From Eledone cirrhosa (lineage: Eukaryota): a DNA stretch of 64,000 bases. Shown in pieces: positions 53,456 to 64,000 of this stretch. The position numbers and the translations under genes are program-made. The stretch covers positions 115,940,001-116,004,000 of the forward strand of contig OZ024741.1 of assembly GCA_964016885.1 (NCBI GenBank). Reading direction: 5' to 3'. A model generated the notes under the pieces. The model worked only from the letters and a program-made list of their open reading frames with translations. It made no database searches and had not been told where the DNA came from. Each line of letters starts with the position of its first letter. Within the stretch, counting starts at the first letter, position 1.

Positions 53456-56400
53456 AACAATGAATCTTATGCTTATTCATTTTTTAGGGTTTTTTGCCTG
53501 TTTGTTTGTTTGTTTATTTATGTTCGTCTACAGCGTGATAATGCTACACAAAAATCACGTGGAGTGACGGAACCACCGGAGACGATGAATTCACCGGTGG
53601 TTATGTAACCATACATTCGCCAATCCTCGATAAAAGTGGTTAAATGTCGAACCTAAACAGTTCGAATAACGGTGAAATGGAGACTAGAATGTCATGTGAC
53701 AGACTCTCACCCAGCAGGTGCTCCCTGGCTCAGCAGCAGGGACCTGTCTGTCAACCAAATACTGCTGGTGTCGGAGGAAGAAGAAGAAGGAAATGGACAA
53801 AAACCAACTGGACGAAAGAATTGAATAGAATTGTTATGCAATGTTACCTGAAGAGTAACCCCAAGGAGAAAGGCTATAGGAAACGGATGCATAACATCTG
53901 GAACGAGATTGGTCTATTTAAATTAGATGAACAAAAATTGGCCGGGCAGGCTCGGGTAATAAGAACTAATGGGTGGATAAGCGAGCTGGAACTGGAGGAA
54001 CTGAGCAGAGAGATTAGCTTGGAGATGGAGAGTGGAGTATGCCAGGCAAACGAGCCAGTGGGAAATGAAGGTGAAGAGGTCGAGAGAACGTAGGAACCAC
54101 CCGAAGCAGACAATGATCTGAATGCTGAGATAAATAATACCTGGAACAGAGATACGGCCACTGAGGAGATGAATGCTGATGGATTAGGACAAGATTTGGT
54201 TGATATCCTAAACTTAGTGGTAGATGAATTGAACAATGATAGTGGGAGACCTATGAACCTAAGATTTGTAGACAGGAAAAAGTTAAAAGAAACAACAGCT
54301 AAGGTAAACAAAGTCATCCCATACCTTGAGGCGAGGAGCCTTCACCAGTGCAAAAATATCCTCAAAGCAACAGCAAATACAGTGAGGAAACTACTTGGTA
54401 TAAAAGCGAGAGGAAACAACAGACAATAAGGAGCAGAGCCTTGGTGGAAGAAATGACTGAGTGGTCAAATCAGGGAAATGAGAAATGACATTGGAAAGCT
54501 TGAGTCCCTACTGAATGGGACACTAAAAAACATAGACACTAAAAATAGACTGGAAATAAAGTACAAAACTAGGAGAAAAAAGTTAAATATTGTCATAGAG
54601 GAACTGAAGCAACGCATTGTAGCAAAGAGTGCAAAAATCAGGCGATACGAGAACAGAGTCAGCCAGTATACACAGAACCGCATGTTCGACAACAACCAGA
54701 AGATGCTGTTTGGACAGCTTGAAGGGAAAGAAAGAGGCAACGACTTGATCCCTGAGGCGGAACAAACTAAAACATTCTGAAGAGGAATATGGGAGCAGGA
54801 TGTTAAACATAATGACCAGGCAGTGTGGATTGATACAGTACAGAAGGACATTAGTGAACAGGCACACCAACAAACTGATTTGAGTATCACAGTTGAAACT
54901 CTTAAGGGGCAGGCCAAAAACTAACCAACTGGAAATCACCAGGCCCAGATGGTGTGCAGTGGTATTGGATTAAAAATATAACATCCCTCCATCCGAAATT
55001 GACAACCATGTTCAATGACTGCTTGATGTTAGGTGAGGTACCAGAGTGGTTGACAAAGGGTACCACAGTTCTGATAAGGAAAGACCGAATCAAGGGCAAT
55101 GATGTTACCAACTATAGACCTATCTATACCAACTATAGACCTATCACATGTCTGTCCGTAATGTGGAAACTGTTGACAAGTATTATGTCTGAGGAAATCT
55201 ACCATCACCTCCACACAAACAACTTATTACCGGACGAACAGAAAGGATGCCGAAAGAAGTCCCGTGGTACAAAGGACCAGTTACTTATTGATAAGATAGT
55301 AATGACGAATTGCAAGAGGAGACACACTGGTCTTACCATGGGATGGATAGACTACAAAAAGACATTTGACATGGTGCCTCATTCTTGGATCACCAAAAGC
55401 CTGGAGATCTTCAAGGTGGCAGATAACATCAGACAGTTGTTGGGCAAAAGTATGAGGCCCTGGGAAACAGAGTTGACATCAACTGGAGAATCCTTGGGAA
55501 GCGTGAAGATCAAGAGAAGTATCTTCCAGGGAGATAGTATGTCCCCTCTGTTGTTTGTCCTTGCCCTGATGCCCCTGACCAGTGAACTGCGAAAAGTGAG
55601 AGCAGGATACAGGTTGGGAAAGGGAGGGCTTACCATCAATCACCTCCTCTTCATGGACGATCTTAAGCTCTTCGGGAAGAGTGAGAAGGAGTTGGATGTG
55701 TTTGTTGACACTGTCCGTATTTTCACCAATGATATATGTATGGAATTTGGTATTCGTAAATGTGGAGTCATTGTGATGAAGAGGGGTAAGTTGAGCAGAA
55801 GTAACGGAATCCAGGTACCAACGGGTGAGATGATAAAGGAAATTGACTCTGAAGAAGGATACACGTATTTGGGCGTTCTGGAGGCTGATGACACCAAGAA
55901 CAAAAAAATGAAGGAATTGATAAGAACTGAATACTTTCGGAGAGTAAAGAGCGTATTAAAGTCACATCTGAACAGTAGGAATGCCATAAGTGCAGTAAAT
56001 TCCCGAGCTGTGTCTATTATTAGGTACAGTGCGGGAATTCTGAAATGGAATGTTGATGAACAGAAAGAAATGGATAGGAAGACTAGGAAGCTATTAACTA
56101 TCTACAACATGTTCCACAAGAGGAGTGATGTCGATAGACTCTACTTAAGGAGATCTGAGGGTGGAAGAGGTCTTATCAGCATAGAGGACTGTGTTCAGAT
56201 GGAGAAAAACAACCTACACAAATACGTGACTGACAGTAAGGAGCCAATGCTCAGAACTGTACTGAAGGAGGGGACAATAGGCCAGGAGATGTCCAAGGAG
56301 GAAATAACATCAAGGAGAAAGAGTAGCCTTCAGGAAAAATCCGTTCATAGTACCTTCTTTTAGAAAACTGAATTTAGAGATCCACAGACATGGAACTGGT

Positions 56401-57165
56401 TGAAAAGAGGAGACCTTAAAAAGGCTACAGAAGGAATGTTAATGGCTGCGCAGGAGCAGGCCCTCAAAACGAAATGGTTGAAACACCATAGTTACAAGGA
56501 GGAGGCTAGCCCACTGTGCAGGATATGTGGAGAGAGAGAGGAGACTGTGGCTCACATTGTATCCGAGTGTAAACACCTAGCCCAGACTCACTATAAGGGC
56601 TGGAGACATGATGTGATGGGCAGGGTGATCCACTGGCACCTATGCAAAGTAAACAATTTACCACATTCTGAGAAGTGGTATGAGCATAAGCCAGAGGCGG
56701 TGATAGAAAACGATCAGATGAAGGTGCTGTGGGATTTTAGGATACAGACGGACAAGAAACTGGAACACGATAGACCTGACCTGGTGGTTGTGGACAAAGA
56801 AAAAAGATCGTGCCTGATTGTGGATGTGGCCTGCCCATTCGACACGAGAGTGTAAGAGAAGGAGAGGGAGAAAATTAACCGATACCAGGACTTAAAGTGG
56901 GAGGTAAAAAGGATTTAGAACTGCCATGAAGTCAAAGTGATCCCGATTGTCATAGGCGCACTAGGGACTATCTCAAAAAGTTTCCAGGATGGTTAAAGAA
57001 AATTGGCCCCTTCACGCTTTTTGGAACGCTTCAAAACGCATGCTTGCTGGGAACAGCAAGAACCCTCCGATACGTCCTGAATATCTGAGGCTGCAGGTAG
57101 TGGCTTGATATTCATTTCAACAAACGTTCCAGTTAAGTAACATCAATGACTGAGACTCAAAGAGT
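53453..57165 (+). mobile_element. R4/Dong-like family A copy 2 (ORF 53644-57088 with several stops), leader truncated
   Basis: FMDDLKL, CRICGEREETVAHIVSEC, RPDLVVVD...IVDVACP...EKINRY; flanked by (AAT)n. Confidence 0.93.
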
Positions 57166-57204
57166 AATAACAACAACAATAATAATAATAATAATAATAG
57201 AATA

Positions 57205-60200
57205 GGGAAGAAAAATGCACATGGTGGATATATCGTTATGGAATCGCTCCCGTAAGTTTTTGATTTTTACATATTTAAAACAACTGTGATAGAATAATCC
57301 TTATTACAAATGAAACATAAGATTACAGTTTTTAAGTCTCAGCAAGCGACAACGCATCACATTATGGCATAGGGCCCCAATATTTAATATTTAATTTTGG
57401 ATCAGAAATGTTATAATCAAAGAAGAGGAAAATGGCTACGTGGACAGACAGGCAAATAATTTCACCACCAACACCACCACCGCCACCATCACCACTACTA
57501 CACCAAACAAATCTTGCCAAGTTACTCCAACTTATATTTCTGCTTCAACTTCAACACCACTACAATACTACGATCACATCACCACCACCACCACTGCCTC
57601 ATTATCGCTACCGCCGCTATTCTCTCCCACTACCCCCTGCTAAGACAGTGTATCGTAGTATTCCCACTAAGTGAGGAAGGCATCAAAAGATATAAATAGA
57701 CTGATTTGATGACCCGGTCAAAAAATCAAAAAATCAAAAATAAAAATAAAAACAGCACAGCAGCAACGAAAAACGTAAAGAAAAGAAAAAAGAAAAGAAA
57801 AACAAACAAACAAACAAAAAAACTAAGTCAGACATTCAAACATTACATTACAATGAAACTTATGCTTATTTTTTTAGGTTTTTACCTATTTATTTGTTTA
57901 TTTATTTATGTTCGTCTACAGCGTGATAGTGCCACGCTAAAATCACCGGGGGTGATCAAATCACTGGGGGTGATGAAATCACCGGTGGTTATGTAACCAT
58001 ACATTTACCAATCCTCGATATGAGTGTTTAAATGTCGAACCTAAACAGTTCGAATAACGGTGAAATGGAGACTGGAATGTCATGTGACAGTCTCTCACCC
58101 AGCAGGTGCTCCCTGGCCCAGGAGCAAGGACCTGGCTGTCATCCAAATACTGCTGGTGCTGGAGGAAGAAGAAGAAGGAAAGGGACCAGAACCAACTGGA
58201 CGAAAGAATTAAATAGAACTGTTATGCAATGTTACCTGAAGAGTAACCCCAAGGAAAAAGGCTATAGGAAACGGATGCATAGCATCTGGAACGAGATGGG
58301 TCTATTTAAATTAGATGAACAAAAATTGGCCGGGGAGGCTCGGGTAATAAGAACTAACGGGTGGATAAGCGAGCTGGAACTGGAGGAACTGAGCAGAGAG
58401 ATTAGATTGGAAATGGAGAGTGCAGTATGCCAGGCAAACGAGCCAGTGGGAGATGAAGGTGGAGAGGTTGAGAGAACGGAGGAAGCATCCGAAACAGACA
58501 ATGATTTGAATGCTGAAATAAATAATTGCTTCTACTATTTAGCACAAGGCCAGCAATTATCCCAGTACATTACTGGTACTTTATTTTATCGACCCCGTTA
58601 GGATGAAAGGCTAAGTTAACCTCGGCCGGAATTGAACTCAGATCTTAAAGGGACGTAACTATGCTGGAAAGCATAATCCGACCCTCTACCGATACTGCCC
58701 ATTCAGCGCCCTATGCTGAAATAAATAATACCTGGAACAAAGATACGGCCATTGAGGTAATGAATGCTGACGGGCTAGGACAAGATTTGGTTGATATCCT
58801 AAACTTAGTGGTAGATGAAATGAACAATGATAGTGGGAAACCTATGAACCTAAGATTTGTAGACAGGAAAAAGTTAAAAGAAACAACAGCTAAGGTAAAC
58901 AAAGTTATCCCATACCTTGAGGCGCGGAACCTCCACTACTGCAACAATATCCTCAAAGTAACAGCAAATGTGGTGAGGAAATTACTTGGCTTAAAAACGA
59001 GAGGAAACAACAAACAAGAAAGATCAGAGCCTTGGTGAAAGAAACGACTGAATTGTCAAATCAGGGAAATGAGAAATGACATTGGATAGCTTGAGTCCCT
59101 ACTAAATGGGACACTACAAAATATAAACACTAAAAATAGATTGAAAATAAAATACAAAACTAGGAGGAAAAAGCTAAATATCATAGAGGAACTGAAACAA
59201 CGCATTGTAGCAAAGAACGCAAAGATTAGGCGATATGAGAGCAGAGTCAGTCAGTATAGACAGAACCGCTTGAAGGGAAGGAAAGAGGCAACGACGTGAT
59301 CCCTGAGGCAGAACAAACTAAGACATTCTGGAGAGGAATATGGGAGCAGGGTGCTGAACATAATGATCAGGCAGTGTGGATTGAGACAGTACAAAGGAGA
59401 TTAGTGAACAGGAACACCAACAAACTGATTTGAGTATCACAATTGAAACTCTTAAGGGGCAGGCCAGAAAACTAGCCAACTGGAAATCACCAGGCCCAGA
59501 TGGTGTGCAAGAGTATTGGATTAAAAATATAACATCCCTCCACCCGAAACTGACAACCATGTTCAATGTCTGCTTGATGTCAGGTGAGGTACCAGAGTGG
59601 TTGACAAAAGGTACCACAGTTCTGGTAATGAAAGACCGAACCAAGGGTAATGATGTTACCAACTATAGACCTATCACATGTCTGTCCGTAATGTGGAAAC
59701 TTTTAACAAGCATTGTGACTGATGAAATCTACCATCACCTCCACATAAAGAACTTGTAACCGGACGAACAGAAAGGATGCCGAAAGAAGTCCCGTGGTAC
59801 AAAGGAGCAGTTACTTATTGATAAGATGGTAATGAGGAATTGCAGGAAGAAACACACTGGTCTTGCCATGGGATGGATAGACTACAAAAAGGCATTTGAC
59901 ATGGTACCTCATTCTTGGATAACCAAAAGCCTAGAGATCTTCAGGGTGGCAGATAACATTAGACAGTTGTTGAGCAAAAGTATGAAGTTCTGGAAAACAG
60001 AGTTGACATCGGGCGGAGAATCCTTGGGGGGCGTGAAGATCAAGAGATGTATCTTCCAGGGAGATAGTTTGTCCCCTCTGTTGTTTGTCCTTGCCCTGAT
60101 GCCCCTGACCATTATACTGCGAAAAGTGAGAGCAGGATACAAGTTGGGAAAGGGAGAGCTTACCATCAATCACCTCCTCATCATGGACGATCTTAATTTC

Positions 60201-61653
60201 TTCGGGAAGAGTGAGAAGGAGTTGGATGGGCTTGTTGACACTGTCCGTATTTTCAGCAATGATATATGTATGTAATGTGAAGTCCTTGTGATGAAGAGGG
60301 GTAAATTGAGCAGAAGCAAAGGAAACCAGGTACCAACAGGTGAGATGATTTAGGAAATTGATGCTGAAGAGGCATACAAATATTTAGGTGTTCTGGAAGC
60401 TGATGACATCAAGAAGAAAAAAATGAAGAAAAAAAATGAAGAAAAAAATGAAGAAAAAAATGAATACATTCGGAGATTAAGGAGCGTAATAAAGTCACAT
60501 CTGAACAGTAGGAATGCCATAGTGCGGGAATTCTTAGATGGTATGTTGCTGAACAAAAAGAAATGGATAGGAAGACTAGGAAGCTATTGACTATCTACAA
60601 CATGTTCCACAAAAGGAGTGATGTCGATAGACTCTACTTAAGGAGATCTGAAGGTGGAAGAGGGCATATCAGCATAGAGGACTGTGTGCAGATGGAGAAA
60701 TACAACCTACACAAATACGTGACTGATAGTAGGGAGCCAATGCTCAGAATTGTACTGAAGGAGAGGACAATAGACCAGATGTCCAAGGAGGAAATAACAA
60801 CAAGGAGAAAGAGCAACCTTCATGAAAAATCCCTTCATAGTGCCTTCTTTAAGAAAACTGAATTCAGAGATCCACAGACATGGAACTGGCTGAAAAGAGA
60901 GACCATAAAAAGGCTACAGAAGGAATGCTAATGGCTGCGCAAGAGCAGGCCCTCAAAACGAAGTGGCTGAAACACCATATTTACAAGGAGGAAGCTAGCC
61001 AACTGTGTAGGATCTGTGGAGAGAGAGAGGAGACTGTGGCTCACATTGTATCCGGGTGTAAACACCTAGCCCAGACTCACTATAAAGGCTGGAGACATGA
61101 TGTGATGGAAAGGGTGAGCCACTGGCACCTATGCAAAGTAAACAATTTACCACATTCTGAGAAGTGGTATGAGCATAAACCAGAGTCGGTGATAGAAAAC
61201 GATCAGGTGAAGGTGCTGTGGGATTTTGGGATACAGACGGACAAGAACTGGAACACAATAGACCTGACCTGGTGGTTTTGGACAAGGGAAAAAGATCGTG
61301 CCTGATTGTGGATGTACCCTGCCGATTCGACACGAGAGTGCAAGAGAAGCAGAGGGAGAAAATTAACCGATAACAGGACTTAAAGTGGGAGGTAAAAAGG
61401 ATTTGGAACTGCCATAAAGTCAAAGTGGTCCCGATTGTCATAGGCGCACTAGGTACTAACTGAAAGAGTTTTCAAGCATGGTTAAAGAAATTGGTCCCGC
61501 CCCGCTTTTTGGAACGCTTCAAAAGGCATGCTTGCTAGGAACAGCAATCACCCTCCGATACGTCCTGAATATCTGAGGCTGCAGATAGTGGCTTGATATT
61601 CATGTCAACAAACTTTCCAGTTAAATAACAACAATGACTGAGACTCAAAGAAC
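57205..61653 (+). mobile_element. R4/Dong-like family A copy 3, full length, decayed (ORF 58032-61576)
   Basis: Same motifs as copy 2, full leader, (AAT)n flanks. Confidence 0.93.
58524..58711 (-). mobile_element. tRNA-derived SINE inside R4 copy 3
   Basis: Consensus; TSD ATGCTGAAATAAATAAT. Confidence 0.9.
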
Positions 61654-61672
61654 AATAATAATAATAATAATA

Positions 61673-64000
61673 ATTTCATTTATTGGCCACAAGGGCCGAT
61701 ATATAGGGGTCAATACAAAAGTTTGGGACAGTGGGGTTTTACAGAAAAATCGAGTAAACAGTATGAATAACAATAACAAAGTAACAATAACAAAGTAACA
61801 ATAAAGTAACAATAATATTACAAGAAAAAATTCCCCAGTAGGGGGGATGACCACCTAGGGTTCGCTCAGGTACCACACCAGTCCTGAACGACCCGATCAT
61901 TCGAGAGCACCTTGGAAGGGCACCCCTCTCCTCCTCAAATTTACCTACCTACAGCCGCATGACCAGAGTAGGCCCACTCACACGGGCCATTCTCGCCACA
62001 TTCACCCACCTTTCAGCAAATGTACTGGGGTGCAACACTTCTCTCTCCACCCTCACCTTCCTTTCCAAGTGAAACTTGAAAAAGTTGATGAGGGATTGGC
62101 CAAAGGGAAAAGTGTCTGTCTTCAGTCCTTTCAACCTCGTCCACCATACAACCTCTTTCGCTACTGCCACCAGACAGAGGAAAGTTGCCTGCCCTTCCTG
62201 GCCAAAAGAAGGCGGCGGGTCGATCTTCACTATGGACACAGCCGATAGCCGGATCCGTTCTACACGCGACAACAGCTGTTCAACATAACTCCACAAGTCA
62301 GTAATGCACGGACACTGGACGAGTGCGTGCAGAACGGTTTCGTCGCTCTTCGCGCATCTCGGGCAGGTCCGTCTGACAGTACTTTCGTGCCTGTAGAGTT
62401 TATCTCGAACCGGCAGTGCCCCCCTGTAGCACTGCCAAGCGAGGGATTTTTGGAAATTATCCATCGTCCCCGGCTCGAAAGTCTTCCGGTACAGACTGGT
62501 TAGTTCGACTTCGTTGACTCCCAGAGCCTCTCCGAGTGCGTCGTCGCACTTGCCCACCACTAATCCTCTATAGAACTCGAGAGTGAAAGTTCCACTGACC
62601 GCATTGCCCGCCTGGTAGAGCGCAGTGAGTGCCTGGCAACATTCCAGATGCCAGTGACCCAGTCTCGGTCTCTTCTTGACCCAGCACTGCAGCTCAGTCA
62701 AGGAAACGAACTGCGGAAAGGCTCGTCTAACAAACGGCGACCACACCTGTTCACCGTTTAGGCAGAATATCTGGAGATGCCGCAGCCTCAGCGCGTGCCT
62801 GCACATCATTAGCCACGGCTTACCCAGCGCTCCACGTAGAGGGTGCTGGCAGCAGATGGACCGCCGCACAAGCGGAACCTGACCCCCTCCACAATAATTT
62901 TAAGAGGAGCCGCTCCAAGATGGCGAGGCGCGAACGGGGGCAAGGGACGACGGTCAGACGGTAGTAGATGACGGACGCGATGTACGCGTTCGCCACCTCC
63001 GCCCGACCGTTCAGTGATAGCTTCATCCCAGCCCATTTCTGGGTGAGACTGGCTACCCTGCCCGTTATCTCGTCCCAATTTTATCCACCTGGAGGTCTGG
63101 CCCGAACCAAACCCTAGCAACTTTACCGGTCTGTCCGTCCAGCGCCTAACGACACTGTTGGACGGCATGGACTTGCCTCTCCAGGTGCTGAGTTACCGAC
63201 CACCTCGATTTCTGAGGTGTCCGACACCATCACGGTGATGTTGTCTGCATAAGCCGACACAACCTTTCCGCGTCCCGGTTCGAGCGGGATGCACTGCAAC
63301 AGCTCCAACTTCCGCAGTAAAGGCTCGAGAGTCAATACGTACAGAAGGGAGGAGAGAGGGCACCCTTGACGGACCGATTGGGAGACCTGAAACGGTTCCG
63401 AGAGGTGGTCATTAATTTTGACCATCGAGCAGGTGCCGTTGTGCATTGCAGCGATCCAACTTCTGAAGACGGCGCCGAAGCCAGCCGCCTTGAGGACAGC
63501 CTCCAGGTACCGATGGTCGACCCTATCGAATGCTTTCGATTGATCTAAGTTGATCAGAGCCCCAGCGAAGTCAGGACCTGGTTGGGATTGCGCAATTTTG
63601 CGCCTCCCCAACCAAATCCCGACGGCAAGCGCCAACCTCTTCGCTAACACCCTGGCCAAAATCTTAAACTCTGTGTTGAGCAGAGTTATGGGCCTGAAAT
63701 TGTCTAATGTGTCCCTTTTGTTCTCGTCTTTCCTTATCAGCGTCACTAGGCCCCGGCTCACATAATTGGGAATACTCCCGTTTTGCTGCCAGTTGCAGTA
63801 GAGGGCTTCGAGGAGATTGGAGAACAAGTCTGGCATATTTATGTAAAGCTCGTAGGGCAGACTATCCAAACCGGGTGACTTGCGCCTCATGCAGCCGACA
63901 AGGGCATCCTGAATCTCGGCTGAAGTAATTGGCCTTTCGCAGCGCCCAGCGTCAGCCGTCGAGAGTTGCGGCAAGCCATCGAGGTAGGGACTGAAGTCCG
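61673..64000 (-). mobile_element. L1/Tx1-like ORF2 3' part plus 3' UTR (continues off the window)
   Basis: NFRPITLLN, LDQSKAFDRV, SVRQGCPLS, AYAD, CPRCAKSDETVLHALVQCP. Confidence 0.92.

Noticed and set aside
53533-53643. HDV-like ribozyme before the R4 family A ORF
   Set aside because: Hairpin AACCACCGG...CCGGTGGTT is not conserved in copies 1 and 3, and no nested double pseudoknot could be assigned.

Overview
AT-rich eukaryotic repeat-dominated DNA, most likely cephalopod (Octopus-like; inferred from the SINE and the TE mix). At most one host exon is visible (30790-30923, minus strand). The window has two zones. (1) At 1-10.4 kb and 41-64 kb there are chains of non-LTR retrotransposons separated by (TAA)n tracts: four R4/Dong-type RLE elements and six L1/Tx1-type copies. 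The two clades always sit in opposite orientation relative to the microsatellite strand. (2) At about 10.4-41 kb there is a (TA)n-rich zone with three Penelope-like elements (PLEs), a decayed Helitron, a Chapaev-like transposase, an RTE fragment, many tRNA-SINE copies and about 15 intact, degenerate or half type I hammerhead ribozyme (HHR) motifs. The main finding is a non-coding retrozyme-like system: a tandem array of ~445-nt monomers, each with one HHR preceded by an octamer (ATGCAAAT) and usually a TATA-like module. A second, divergent family keeps the same octamer-to-HHR spacing, and a 132-bp perfect palindrome encodes an intact-looking HHR on both strands. All calls come from reading motifs by eye; element boundaries are approximate.
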